This document shows positions 19,672-30,073 of a stretch of 64,000 nucleotides of DNA, one piece after another. This DNA is from Rhodothermales bacterium (GTDB lineage Bacteria; Bacteroidota; Rhodothermia; Rhodothermales; Bin80), in the NCBI GenBank assembly GCA_022821875.1, contig JAJECV010000111.1:5072-69071 (forward strand), given 5' to 3'. Both the position numbers and the translations under genes were made by a program. A model generated the notes under the pieces. It ran no database searches and was not told the DNA's origin. It was given only the letters and a program-made list of their open reading frames with translations. Each line of letters opens with the position of its first letter. Position 1 is the first letter of the stretch.

Positions 19672-20562
19672 CTATGGTTGCTCTCGCAGTGCAGCGTGTA
19701 CGGTGCGTGTGATGGCTGCCCCGAGTGCAGCGGATTCGGAATCGTCATCCAAGCCCTCAATCAGGATCACCACGACATATGGCGGAGCGTTTGGCGGATA
19801 GATGATTGCCGCATCGTGATGGATCCGTGTAATTTGTCCAGTCTTGTGGGCCACCCGCACATCGGACGGGAGTCCGGCAGGAATCATTTCATTGAATGCC
19901 TGCTCCAGCAGTACTGCAACCATACTGCTGTCCGCGGCAGGTCCAACGGCCTGCCCCTGGCGGACAGCTTCCAGGAGGGTTGCCAAAGCAGGGGCGGTCG
20001 TTGTGTTGCTGAGGTTACGTTCAAACGCCTTGAGATCCTCCACTCCCCGAAGCACTTTCATCTGGGGTGCACCCAGAGAATCAACCGTCTGCTGAACTGA
20101 TTCTGCCCCCAGAAAATCAATCAGAAGGTTCGTCGCCAGATTGGACGATACAGTGATCATCTGGTAGATCAACTCGGAGATCGTCATGCGCTCTCCCAGC
20201 CGCTTATAGATCGCATCATCCGAATCATCCTCAATGCTGTAGCGTGTTCCATCTACAATGGAGCGAAAAGAGTTTTTTACCTCAAGAGTTGAATCCATGG
20301 AGAGATCAGTATCCCGAACGCGGCGCCATGCTTCAATCTGCACAGGCACCTTCATGGTGCTGGCGGCGTGAAAAGAGCGGTCAGGGAGGAGGTCCAGCGT
20401 GGTCTGTGTGCTTGCATCCCGAATGGACACGGCAACGGTGGCAGCGGGGTATTCGCTGATTACTGCTTCTATTTGCTCTTCCAGCGTAATGGATTCGTTG
20501 CATGAGATTGCAGCGCAGCCAATCAGGGTCAGCATGATCAGTCTGGAAAGAAAGCGAGTCAC
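19672..20562 (-). CDS. Class A beta-lactamase-related serine hydrolase (probable lipoprotein)
   Basis: AASTMK (SxxK), SSN, HKTG motifs. Confidence 0.9.
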   Translation of the reverse strand: MTRFLSRLIMLTLIGCAAISCNESITLEEQIEAVISEYPAATVAVSIRDASTQTTLDLLPDRSFHAASTMKVPVQIEAWRRVRDTDLSMDSTLEVKNSFRSIVDGTRYSIEDDSDDAIYKRLGERMTISELIYQMITVSSNLATNLLIDFLGAESVQQTVDSLGAPQMKVLRGVEDLKAFERNLSNTTTAPALATLLEAVRQGQAVGPAADSSMVAVLLEQAFNEMIPAGLPSDVRVAHKTGQITRIHHDAAIIYPPNAPPYVVVILIEGLDDDSESAALGAAITRTVHAALREQP

Positions 20563-20566
20563 GATA

Positions 20567-21415
20567 CTAGATTCTGCAGGTACGGATATCAGTAATTACA
20601 ATTCCCGTTGCACCAAGCCGTTCCAGATCGTCCATGATCTGGTTGGCATCTTCACGCTTAGCTAGTGCTTTTACGGCAATCCAACCCGTTTTGCTTAGGG
20701 GCGCAATCGTTGGTGATTCAATGCCGGGAGTGATTTTACAGACATGTTCAAGGGCGGACCGGGGACATCCGTACTCAATCATCACATAGGTTCGGGCCAG
20801 AAGGATTCCCTGAATGCGTCGCACAAACAGGTCTGCGGCAGATCCAGTTTTAACAATTCCCGGCCGGCCGGTCAATACCGCCTCGGTGTGTAGAATCGGC
20901 TCACCAATGATCGCTAGCCCCGCGTCCTCCAGCGTACGCCCGGTCTGGACGAGATCTGCAATAAGATCTGCAACCCCTAATTGAATGGAGACCTCAACGG
21001 CTCCGTCGAGGGGGACGATCTCGGCCTGGATGTTTTTTTTGGCCAGATCCGCCGAGACCAGGTGACTGAATGAGGTTGCAATGCGGAGCCCGTTAAACTG
21101 ATTCAGAGTAAGATTACGGTCTCGCAGGCCTGCGTAGCAGAGCCGTGCCGCACCGAAGTTGAGCGGGAGAATTTCTTCCAGACCCGCCTGCTGCTCAATC
21201 AGAAAATCCCGGCCGATAATCCCTAGATCAAGGACACCGTTACTCACATAGGTCGCAATATCACGCGGGCGCAGGAAATAAAACAGGACTTGATTCTCGG
21301 TATCCCGGACACGTAACTCACGGCCGGAACGCTGACACTTATAGCCGGCAGACCGAATCAGTTCGACCGCATCCGCGGCTAATGCTCCCTTATTGGGGAG
21401 TGCAATCTGCAACAT
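20567..21415 (-). CDS. hisG: ATP phosphoribosyltransferase (long form)
   Basis: IALPNKG, RPRDI, GAVE, DLVQTGRTL, PGIESPTI C-terminal domain. Confidence 0.96.
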   Translation of the reverse strand: MLQIALPNKGALAADAVELIRSAGYKCQRSGRELRVRDTENQVLFYFLRPRDIATYVSNGVLDLGIIGRDFLIEQQAGLEEILPLNFGAARLCYAGLRDRNLTLNQFNGLRIATSFSHLVSADLAKKNIQAEIVPLDGAVEVSIQLGVADLIADLVQTGRTLEDAGLAIIGEPILHTEAVLTGRPGIVKTGSAADLFVRRIQGILLARTYVMIEYGCPRSALEHVCKITPGIESPTIAPLSKTGWIAVKALAKREDANQIMDDLERLGATGIVITDIRTCRI

Positions 21416-21427
21416 TGGACAGGGAAC

Positions 21428-21691
21428 TTAGAGGTGACGATAAATATCTTCCAGGGACAGGTCACGGGCGATCATCATGACCTGAATATGATAGATCAGT
21501 TGCGAGATTTCTTCTGCGGTGCGTTCCGGGGTTTCGTGGTTGGCGGCCATCCAGACTTCGCCGGCTTCTTCCAGAATTTTTTTTCCAATCTCATGGGAGC
21601 CTGCCTGTACTGCCCGCACGGTGCCGGAATCCGGATCCTGCCGGTCCACCTTATCCTTTAACTCCTGAAAAAGATCTTCAAATCGTTTCAT
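21428..21691 (-). CDS. hisE: Phosphoribosyl-ATP pyrophosphatase
   Basis: [24 protein letters not shown]. Confidence 0.95.
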   Translation of the reverse strand: MKRFEDLFQELKDKVDRQDPDSGTVRAVQAGSHEIGKKILEEAGEVWMAANHETPERTAEEISQLIYHIQVMMIARDLSLEDIYRHL

Positions 21692-21805
21692 ATTTCGGTG
21701 CTGATTGGGTCGAATTATTTAAGGATTCGCGGCCTGCCAAACGTTTATGTGTGTCTGTACGGGGTTAACCGAACGCACAGGAGCATGCAATTCCCAGGAA
21801 ATATA

Positions 21806-21838
21806 TAAATAAAAGGCCAGATCATAAGATACTGGCCT
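21806..21838 (-). terminator. Probable intrinsic terminator downstream of small ORF 21891-22112
   Basis: Minus strand AGGCCAG-tatcttatgat-CTGGCCT followed by TTTATTT. Confidence 0.65.
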
Positions 21839-21890
21839 CGCGGGAATCCAACACGGATCCTCCGAACGATCCTTAAATCGTCAACAGACG

Positions 21891-22112
21891 CTAGGCTTTT
21901 ACCGCTTCAGCAAGTAAGCGGTTAAGTTGCAGGCTTGTGCGGTCTCCACTGCCGACGAGGACATCGTCAAAGAACGCAATCAGGGCCGAGCGCTCTGACG
22001 GATTAGATTCAAATGATTCCAGCGTTGAGAGAAAACGCTTCCATACAGATTCTTCAATCTGGCCGGCCAGATACCGTGCGAACAGCCTTCCAAGTGGGTT
22101 GGTATGTTTCAT
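21891..22112 (-). CDS. Small hypothetical protein (73 aa)
   Basis: Helical-looking ORF with A-rich upstream region and downstream terminator. Confidence 0.6.
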   Translation of the reverse strand: MKHTNPLGRLFARYLAGQIEESVWKRFLSTLESFESNPSERSALIAFFDDVLVGSGDRTSLQLNRLLAEAVKA

Positions 22113-22495
22113 TGTTTCGTCTTTTTTGTTTTGCAGCGCGTCTAAATTGAGCGGGGCTCAAGTGCTTCAAACTCTGCTTCGTAACGTTACGGCAAAAACC
22201 GGGCCAAAGTTACACTTCCGTGCTGCTTACGCCTCAATTACACGCATAGAGGCCCGTACACGCAATTCAATGGAAGAAAAATTGCTGTTGCAGGCTTGAT
22301 GTGCAGAACAACCTGCATATAAAGTCCAAAAGTATTTAATTCAAAATTTTGGGATTGCGCCAGTCAGAATCTACAGTTGAGAATCTATAAGCCTGATATT
22401 GTAGTGGGATTTCGCTGCGAGTTGGAATTGAGCAGTGAATGTGTGCAGATAATAGGGGGACAGTGTTGGCGGGGGTAGGAAATTCTTGAGTCGCT

Positions 22496-22985
22496 TTATT
22501 TCCATATTCGGATGGTACTATCTGCTGCTGCAAAAGCAATTCGTTTTCCATTTGGTGAGAAAGCCACAGACCAGACCCCATCCGTATGTACAGTGAAGCG
22601 GTGAAGTTCTTGACCAGTATCCGCGTCCCATAGCAGAATGATTCCGTCTTCTGATCCAGAGGCCAGCTGAGAACCATCTGGCGAGAAAGCCACAGATAAA
22701 ACTGGATCTGTATGTCCAGTGAGGATGTACGTTTCTACGCCAGTAACTACATCCCACAGCCGAATGGTTTCGTCAAATGATCCAGAGGCCAACTGAGAAC
22801 CATCTGGCGAGAAATCCACAGAATAGACCCAACCTGTATGTCCAGTGAGGCGGCGCGTTTCTACGCCGGTATCCACATTCCACAGCCGAACGGTTTTGTC
22901 GTATGATCCAGAGGCCAGCCGAGAACCATCTGGGGAGAAAGCCACAGAACTAACCCCGCCTGTATGTCCAGTGAGGCGGTGCTCT
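22496..22985 (-). repeat. 126-bp WD40 DNA repeats
   Basis: tgtatgtccagtgagg at 22709, 22835, 22961 (126-bp period) plus a diverged fourth copy. Confidence 0.9.
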
Positions 22986-24115
22986 TCTTGCGTTATGAGA
23001 GATGGTTGTTTTTGCCAGAAATAGCCGATTACCGCCAATAAAATGAATGCTCCGGATATTAAAGCAATTGAAATTTTGAGACCCTGTCTGTTGGATTTCT
23101 TCGCAGAATCGACCTTGAAGGCTTCATTCTGAATCGGTACACCTGAGGGCTCAGGCGAAAGGCTTTCTTTATTGCCCAATAAACTGGGTTGATCGGTCTT
23201 TTCTTCGGCAACAGAAACCGACGGCTTCAACTCACCTGTAAGTTCTGCACAACTTTGGGTTCGCTTACTCTCATTAATGACGAGACAGTGATCTATCGCT
23301 TGAAGTACTTTGACGGAAAACCGCCCCTGACCAACATCTGCCGCCGTGGGCAGGGGATCGGATTGCCCCTGCATGATCGCATAGGCTCGCTTCTGAACGG
23401 TTGTTGGATTTAGCGGCGAAAACGGAGGGTTCCCGCCAGCGACCACTCTCCACATTACTGCGCCCAATCCATATATGTCGGTCCAGGGGCCGATCTTCCC
23501 GTCACCGACCTGCTCCATCGCAGCATAGCCATCCGTGTAGGGAGCCAGTGATTTGGTGTGCCTGCTGATCTCCTGCTTCGCTGCCCCAAAATCAATCAGG
23601 ATGGGCGTACTGTCATCCCGGCGGACTAAAATATTGGAAGGCTTAATATCCCGATGACATACTCCTGCGTCATGCACGGTTTGCAGTCCAGACAATAGAG
23701 GCAGAATTAAATCCAGCAGTTCCTGCTCCGTTAAGGGTTCTCCGCGGGATTCACGCCGTTCCAGGAGTGTGGAGAGTGGCAAGCCCTGCACATAATCCAT
23801 GATCGTGTAGGCTGTGCCATTGGCGCGAAATAAATCCCGGCAGGTCACGATATTTGGGCAGTCCCGGAATTTCTCCAACTGCTTTGCCTCTTTGAGGAAA
23901 CGCTCCAGGCCTTCCTCAAATGGTACATGAAATTCCCCTCTGGTCGGCTGAACCGTTCCGCCCTGGCGGACACATAATTCGGAGGGGAAGTACTCCTTGA
24001 TCGCAACCTCAATCCCCAATTCCCGGTGTTCTCCTTTGTATACAACCCCAAACCCTCCCTGACCGATCACGGAGTGGATTTCGTACCGACTGAGAATGTC
24101 TCCCTGCTGTAGCAT
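22496..24115 (-). CDS. Hanks-type Ser/Thr kinase, single TM helix, 4 WD40 repeats
   Basis: IGQGGFGVVY, VAIKE, HRDIKPSN, DFG; TM IALISGAFILLAVIGYFW; GHT..V.SVAFSPDGS.LASGS.D repeats. Confidence 0.93.
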   Translation of the reverse strand: MLQQGDILSRYEIHSVIGQGGFGVVYKGEHRELGIEVAIKEYFPSELCVRQGGTVQPTRGEFHVPFEEGLERFLKEAKQLEKFRDCPNIVTCRDLFRANGTAYTIMDYVQGLPLSTLLERRESRGEPLTEQELLDLILPLLSGLQTVHDAGVCHRDIKPSNILVRRDDSTPILIDFGAAKQEISRHTKSLAPYTDGYAAMEQVGDGKIGPWTDIYGLGAVMWRVVAGGNPPFSPLNPTTVQKRAYAIMQGQSDPLPTAADVGQGRFSVKVLQAIDHCLVINESKRTQSCAELTGELKPSVSVAEEKTDQPSLLGNKESLSPEPSGVPIQNEAFKVDSAKKSNRQGLKISIALISGAFILLAVIGYFWQKQPSLITQEEHRLTGHTGGVSSVAFSPDGSRLASGSYDKTVRLWNVDTGVETRRLTGHTGWVYSVDFSPDGSQLASGSFDETIRLWDVVTGVETYILTGHTDPVLSVAFSPDGSQLASGSEDGIILLWDADTGQELHRFTVHTDGVWSVAFSPNGKRIAFAAADSTIRIWK

Positions 24116-24857
24116 ACTTGCACGGTGCTAAGAACGACAAATATACTGTAACTGGGTGATTCCTCGCAGATTTGATTGGTATCGGCAGGTTTTTGATGGG
24201 GTGCCTATATGGGATTCCCGGATGGATACGCAAGAGATCCCGAAAGCCTGACTGAAACACTGAACTCTTTGAGGAAGGTCGGATCAAAGGGCCGGTATCC
24301 GCAAATTAACGGGAATTTTTTGCCTTCTGGAGGAAACGGGTAAATGGGAAGGTGCAGCCAAAGGAGGTTTGCGAAACAGCCACCGAGGCTTATATCACGC
24401 CAGAATCAAACATGATCGTCCAAATTGACGTACAGAGTGCGCACATGGGGGTGTTCGTAGTTCCATAGAACGAGGTAACCGGCGCACACGCTGGATGATC
24501 GTCCAATTGGTGAAATACTCATCTTCATGATAGCATAAGGCACTTTTCTGTCTCAGTAACCAGACATTCCTGTAACCAAGTACTGCAATGCGATGCGGGT
24601 TGGTTGCCGGACACAGCGTAATAGCCCGATCCATTCCTTTTTCCCGGTATCCAAACGGTTCTTCCAGGCAGTTGCTATATTTGGGTTGTAAATCAAGATC
24701 GCCACCTTGTGCTAATTTGGTCCACGCAATCACAGTTCTACTGTGACCGACTCTCACTGGATGTGTTTTTGGTCGGTTGGACCATCCCCGTTACCATTCC
24801 GGCAGGCACTTATCCTGATCTAATCCGTAGGAAAAAGCAACAGAACCCACATCGCCG

Positions 24858-26102
24858 ATGATACATGTGAATCCCCAAATCCTGATTTGGGCACGTGAAA
24901 CCGCGGGATTGACACTACAGGAAGCGGCAACTAAGATCAGTGTGGCGGAGAAGAGCCTAAAGAAAATTGAGAAGGGGGAGAAAGCCCCGTCACATCCAAT
25001 GCTTCTCAAAATGGCCGACAAATACAGGCGCCCATTATTGACGTTCTATTTGGAGGATATTCCGGTTGAATCAGACTACGGTGCTGATTTCCGTGGACTG
25101 TCTGAACAAATTAAGCCCAAAGATAAGGCCCTGATTGCGGCGCTGCTGCGATACGCAAAGGCCAGTCAGGGAATGATCAGGGATGTTTTGGAATCGGAGG
25201 AAGAGTGTACCTCACTTCCGTTTGCGGGTTGGTTGAGACGAAAATGGGATCTGCCGAAAGAACCAGAAATCATGGGGGCGCAACTTCAGAACATGACACA
25301 GGGGCAGCACGAGCGTCTGGTTCAGGATGCATTAGACGGGCTGGGCATGGTGCTGGGAGATCGGTGTACCAGAGACAGGTACTACGAACAACCTGATTCA
25401 CTATCTGCGTTCAGACTGCTTCGCTCCTCGTGTGAGGAGTCCGGTATATTCGTTGTTCTAAAGGGGAATACCGGGGGCGGTCACAATAAGTTATCCTCCA
25501 ATTTATTTAGAGCGTTTGTGATCGCAGATGACATTGCTCCCTTTATGGTGATCAATAAAGAAGATTACAGATCTGCGATGTCATTTTCCGTACTACACGA
25601 AATTGTCCATCTGCTGCTTGATCAAACAGGCATCAGTGATAGTGATCTCCAATCGATAAATCCAATCGAAAAATTCTGTAATCGTGTGGCGGGACAATGG
25701 CTGCTTCCCGAAGCATTGATCAGGGAAGAACAGATCGACCGGAGAGGAGATCTCTCTGAGCTCAAGGAGGTCATATCCCGAGTGGCAAAAAAACGAAATC
25801 TCAGTCACACGATGGTGGCAACAAGGCTGCATCAGGAACGGGTGATTACGCGTGCGGTATTTCGACAGCTGGATCAGTTTTACGCAAAAGAGTGGGAGAG
25901 ATCTCAGAATCGGAAGAAAGAAATACAGAAGGATAAAAAATCCGGAGGCCCCAATTTTTATCGTGTTCGGCGTAGTGAGTTAGGCAATGGACTGCTTCAG
26001 TTCGTCAAGCGGATGATACAACTGGAAAATCTTACGGTCTCCAAGGCGGCAATCATCTTGGCCGCTAAACCCGGTCAGGTTTCTAGACTGCTGAAATCTT
26101 GA
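24858..26102 (+). CDS. XRE HTH fused to ImmA/IrrE-family metallopeptidase
   Basis: VNPQILIWARETAGLT HTH; FSVLHEIVH (HExxH); EKFCNRVAGQWLLP. Confidence 0.9.
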   Translation: MIHVNPQILIWARETAGLTLQEAATKISVAEKSLKKIEKGEKAPSHPMLLKMADKYRRPLLTFYLEDIPVESDYGADFRGLSEQIKPKDKALIAALLRYAKASQGMIRDVLESEEECTSLPFAGWLRRKWDLPKEPEIMGAQLQNMTQGQHERLVQDALDGLGMVLGDRCTRDRYYEQPDSLSAFRLLRSSCEESGIFVVLKGNTGGGHNKLSSNLFRAFVIADDIAPFMVINKEDYRSAMSFSVLHEIVHLLLDQTGISDSDLQSINPIEKFCNRVAGQWLLPEALIREEQIDRRGDLSELKEVISRVAKKRNLSHTMVATRLHQERVITRAVFRQLDQFYAKEWERSQNRKKEIQKDKKSGGPNFYRVRRSELGNGLLQFVKRMIQLENLTVSKAAIILAAKPGQVSRLLKS

Positions 26103-26115
26103 ATGGAATGAATTG

Positions 26116-26673
26116 ATGGTTCAGTCGCTGTATCTTCTTGATTCCAGTTCTGTGATCAGTGTTCACGACAGTTACTATGGATATGATCGTGTGCCGGAAT
26201 TTTGGGAATGGCTGTATTTTCAGTCCAGAAAGGGGGTTTGTAAAATACCTCCTTCCGTATATCCCGAAATTCGGCCGGAAAACAAGGAATTCAAAAAATG
26301 GATCAAAAGGAACAAGAAGAACCTGGTTCTTAGAAAAAAGGAAAGACTGGAACTCGTTCGGAAGGTGATGTCCGAGGCGTACGGGGAAAACCTCACCGAA
26401 ATGGATATAAAGAAGATTGGTGCTGATCCGTTTCTTATTGCATCAGCACTTGAAGATCCAGAATGCCGTATTGTGGTTACCCATGAGATTTCTCAACCCT
26501 CAAAAGAGGGAGCGAATCGCAAGATCCCTGATATCTGTGATCAGTTGGATGTCAAGTGGATGAGCACGATTGATTTTATTAAGAAACTTAACTTCAAGAC
26601 AAAGTGGAAAAGCGAGACACCGAAGGCTGAGCGGGATCGTTACTTGGAGCCGCAGGATCCTTCGCTTTTCTGA
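26116..26673 (+). CDS. DUF4411-family PIN-domain protein
   Basis: YLLDSS, FWEWL, ADPFLIA, VVTHE, KIPDIC; usual partner of XRE-ImmA. Confidence 0.88.
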   Translation: MVQSLYLLDSSSVISVHDSYYGYDRVPEFWEWLYFQSRKGVCKIPPSVYPEIRPENKEFKKWIKRNKKNLVLRKKERLELVRKVMSEAYGENLTEMDIKKIGADPFLIASALEDPECRIVVTHEISQPSKEGANRKIPDICDQLDVKWMSTIDFIKKLNFKTKWKSETPKAERDRYLEPQDPSLF

Positions 26674-26747
26674 TCTCTCAGCATGGCATGAAATCTCACG
26701 GGTATACCGTTCTGTCTGAAAAAAGAAAACAGGATACCCATTCGTAC

Positions 26748-28190
26748 TCAGTCTAAAACAATCTCCCTGCGAAGGCGGGCAACCGGCATCCCCAACTGCA
26801 TCCGGTACTTGGAAACCGTCCGGCGTGCAATGTGGTAGCCCTGCTCCTTCAAACTCGCCGTGAGTTCCTGATCCGTCAGGGGGCGGGTCTTGTCCTCCTG
26901 CTCAATCATCCCCGCAATGATGGACTTGACCTCTTTGTTGGAGACGCTGATGCCAGCGTCTGTGGCAACTCCCTCCGAGAAAAAATACTTGAGTTCATAC
27001 ACCCCAAAATCACACTGAACATACTTACCGCTCACCACCCGGCTGATCGTGGAAATGTCCATGTTGATCCGCGTTGCAATATCCTTGAGGATCAGCGGAC
27101 GCAAATGCCCCTCCCCGTACGTGAAGAAGGCCTCCTGGAAGGAGACAATCTCCCGCATGACCGAGAGCATGGTCCTGCGGCGCTGCTGTACGGCATCAAT
27201 AAACCATTTGGCCGACTCCAGTTTGGAACGAAGGAATTGTTTGGTCTGAGCATCCGACGATTTTGCAGGATTTGACTTCTTCTCCGCAACCATCTGCTCC
27301 ATCATCTGCCGGTAAGGCTTGGAAACCGAGAGGGTTGGAAAATTCCCCGAATTGAGCTGAATCACAAAGGTCTGGTCTGCTTTGCGAATCAGAAAATCAG
27401 GGATCACATAGTTTTCCTGAGGCGTGATTGCCCCCTCACCCGGCTTCGGATTGCAGGACTGGATCAGGTCTATCGAAGATTTGAGGCTGGCATCGTCAAT
27501 GTTCAGGCGTTCTTTGATTCGTCCATATTGTCTTCGGGAAAAAGCCGGGAACAGTTTGGTGATCATCTGGATCGCCACCGTACGCCCAGGGGTATCCTCG
27601 GACATCAGTTCCAGTTGGATCAGCAGACATTCCTGCACATTGCGTGCTGCAATGCCAGGCGGGTCAAGCCGCTGAATATAACGCAATACATTCAGAACAT
27701 CCTCTTCCGAGAGTTCCTCCCGATAATTGAAGGTGATGTCATCCACGATAGAGGCAAGTTCCCGCCTCAGATAGCCGTCCTCGTCAATGGATCCGATGAT
27801 TTGTTCGGCAATCAGAGTGTCCCGCCGGCTGAGTCTCAAAAATCCTTTCTGGCTGCGCAGGTAATCCGTCATGGATTCTGCCGCCGTGATCGGCATCTCC
27901 CGGTCTTCCTGATGATCGTCTACGCGTGCCTTGTAGCCATACAGGTCATCTACATCCGGGAGCAGGTCTTCCAGATCAAATTCTTCATCGTTGCTGTTTT
28001 CCAGCGGCTCTTCTTCCGATCCCGATATGGGTTCATCCAGGGGCCCATCCTCCAGAAGAGGATTCATCTCAAGTTCCTGCTGAATGCGCTGCTCTAAAGC
28101 AAGGGTTGGTAACTGCAATAACTTGATATACTGGATCTGCTGAGGAGACAGCTTCTGCTGCAGCCTTAATTCCTGACTCAGATTCAGCAT
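26748..28190 (-). CDS. rpoN: RNA polymerase sigma-54 factor
   Basis: QQKLSPQQIQ region I, DISTISR HTH, RpoN box ARRTVSKYR. Confidence 0.97.
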   Translation of the reverse strand: MLNLSQELRLQQKLSPQQIQYIKLLQLPTLALEQRIQQELEMNPLLEDGPLDEPISGSEEEPLENSNDEEFDLEDLLPDVDDLYGYKARVDDHQEDREMPITAAESMTDYLRSQKGFLRLSRRDTLIAEQIIGSIDEDGYLRRELASIVDDITFNYREELSEEDVLNVLRYIQRLDPPGIAARNVQECLLIQLELMSEDTPGRTVAIQMITKLFPAFSRRQYGRIKERLNIDDASLKSSIDLIQSCNPKPGEGAITPQENYVIPDFLIRKADQTFVIQLNSGNFPTLSVSKPYRQMMEQMVAEKKSNPAKSSDAQTKQFLRSKLESAKWFIDAVQQRRRTMLSVMREIVSFQEAFFTYGEGHLRPLILKDIATRINMDISTISRVVSGKYVQCDFGVYELKYFFSEGVATDAGISVSNKEVKSIIAGMIEQEDKTRPLTDQELTASLKEQGYHIARRTVSKYRMQLGMPVARLRREIVLD

Positions 28191-28319
28191 GGTTTGAAGA
28201 TCTATCCTTATGTTTAGTCGCAATCTGCACTTGAAACGTAGCAGGTGGCTAAGGGGTTTGCAGTGTACAGAGGATATTCTGATAATTTATGCAATACACA
28301 ATTTGCCGTCGATATACCG

Positions 28320-29876
28320 ATGACTGAGCGTACAGGAACGGTTGCACCTAAAATGCGTGATGAGGACTTTGAGAAGCGACTGCGTCCGCAGAAACTGAAA
28401 GATTTTATCGGGCAGGATAAAATCAAAGGGAACCTGAGTATCTTCATGCGGGCGGCGCTAGAGCGCGGAGAGGCACTGGATCATGTTCTCTTGTCCGGCC
28501 CGCCGGGGCTGGGCAAGTGTGTGACCGCAGACACATCCATCGAGACCCCCGGGGGCAGAGTGCCGATGGGATGCCTGATTCCAGAGGACCTGCAACCCGG
28601 TGAAACCAGAACCCATGCGGTGACTGTGATCGGGGCAGGGGGCGCTGAGCGTACCTCGCATGTGTACGCGAGCGGGCGCGGGCCGACGATCCGCCTCTCT
28701 ACGAATTGCGGACAATCCATTGAAGGCACGCCAGGACATCCGCTACTGGCAGAAAAGCAGGGTACACTGGCCTGGCGTCCCCTCGCTGCCATACAGGTCG
28801 GGGATGGAGTTTTAGTGTGCCCGGAACGTCAATCTGCGGATTCAGCGGGCCTCGGTCTCACCGGCAGAGATCTGACTGCCCTGGAAGGTTTTCATGCTCA
28901 AAAACCCAAAGCGACAGGGGAATTTGAGTGGGCGGTGGTCACAGGCAGGGTACACTCCGAGGCAGAAACCTTTGATTTTGTTGTCCCAGGTTCGCACTCA
29001 TTTATCGGAAACGGATTCTGCAATCATAACACCACCCTAGGGCACATTATTGCGGAAGAAATGGGGGCTACCATCACCACCACATCCGGCCCCGTCATGG
29101 ATAAGCCGGCAGATCTGGCAGGGATCCTGACCAAACTCCAGGAAGGCGATGTTCTGTTCATTGATGAAATGCACCGGCTCTCCCCGCTAGTCGAAGAGTA
29201 TCTCTATTCGGCGATGGAAGATTACTATATCGATATTGTGATTGACAGCGGACCAAATGCACGAAGCGTAAAGATTCCACTCCCCAGGTTTACGATGGTC
29301 GGGGCAACCACCCGAAAAGGGTTGTTGACCGCCCCCCTGCGCAGCCGGTTCGGGATTGATTTTCGATATGACTACTACAGCGCCGAACTGCTTCAAGCCA
29401 TTCTGATCCGTTCTGCGAACATTCTTGACGTTTCCATTGAACGAGAGGGGGCATGGGAAATCGCCCGCCGCAGTCGGGGGACCCCGCGCATCGCAAATCG
29501 CCTCCTGCGTCGTGCAAGGGACTTTGCACAGGTGGAGGGAGATGGTTGTATAAGTCTCAAAACCGCAGACCGGGCACTGACGGCTCTGGATGTGGACACC
29601 GAAGGACTAGACGATATGGATACGCGTATTCTTCTGAGCCTGATTGATAAATTTGACGGGGGACCTGCCGGACTCTCCACTTTGGCGGTCTCGGTGGGCG
29701 AAGAAGCAGGAACGATTGAAGAAGTGTACGAACCCTACCTGATTCAGGAAGGGTACATGCAGCGCACCTCCCGGGGACGGATCGCAACGAAACGGGCCTA
29801 TACGCACTTCAAGCGAAAAATTCCCGGTGCAATGCCGACGCTCTTTGATGAGCAAAACGAGAAACCCTCCCAATGA
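28320..29876 (+). CDS. ruvB: Holliday junction helicase RuvB, intein-containing
   Basis: LRP..DFIGQ, GPPGLGK/[insert]/[39 protein letters not shown]. Confidence 0.96.
   Translation: MTERTGTVAPKMRDEDFEKRLRPQKLKDFIGQDKIKGNLSIFMRAALERGEALDHVLLSGPPGLGKCVTADTSIETPGGRVPMGCLIPEDLQPGETRTHAVTVIGAGGAERTSHVYASGRGPTIRLSTNCGQSIEGTPGHPLLAEKQGTLAWRPLAAIQVGDGVLVCPERQSADSAGLGLTGRDLTALEGFHAQKPKATGEFEWAVVTGRVHSEAETFDFVVPGSHSFIGNGFCNHNTTLGHIIAEEMGATITTTSGPVMDKPADLAGILTKLQEGDVLFIDEMHRLSPLVEEYLYSAMEDYYIDIVIDSGPNARSVKIPLPRFTMVGATTRKGLLTAPLRSRFGIDFRYDYYSAELLQAILIRSANILDVSIEREGAWEIARRSRGTPRIANRLLRRARDFAQVEGDGCISLKTADRALTALDVDTEGLDDMDTRILLSLIDKFDGGPAGLSTLAVSVGEEAGTIEEVYEPYLIQEGYMQRTSRGRIATKRAYTHFKRKIPGAMPTLFDEQNEKPSQ
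28518..29030 (+). other. Mini-intein (171 aa) in the RuvB Walker A motif
   Basis: Begins Cys (CVTADT), block B GTPGHPLL, block [23 protein letters not shown] then +1 Thr; no LAGLIDADG. Confidence 0.92.
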
Positions 29877-30073
29877 ATTCACTCGCCATTCCCCCCTTTC
29901 TGCGGATTCGTGCCTGTGCCGCGTGGCAGTGCCGGAAACATGCCACCGTCGTAGACAGGCTTATGCCAGCTGCCGGTCCGGGCATCGCCGCAGAGACAAG
30001 CGTATCAGGATGTGCACCATACAACTGGGTGCACGCAAATTCATATACCCCGAATTCCCGGTCCTAACGGTTC

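Noticed and set aside
19672-20562. Acquired antibiotic-resistance beta-lactamase
   Set aside because: Sits in core context behind hisG with no mobility signs; such serine hydrolases often lack beta-lactamase activity.
24116-24857. ORFs 24395-24757 and 24009-24287 as real genes
   Set aside because: No recognisable motifs or convincing starts; probably non-coding or a remnant.
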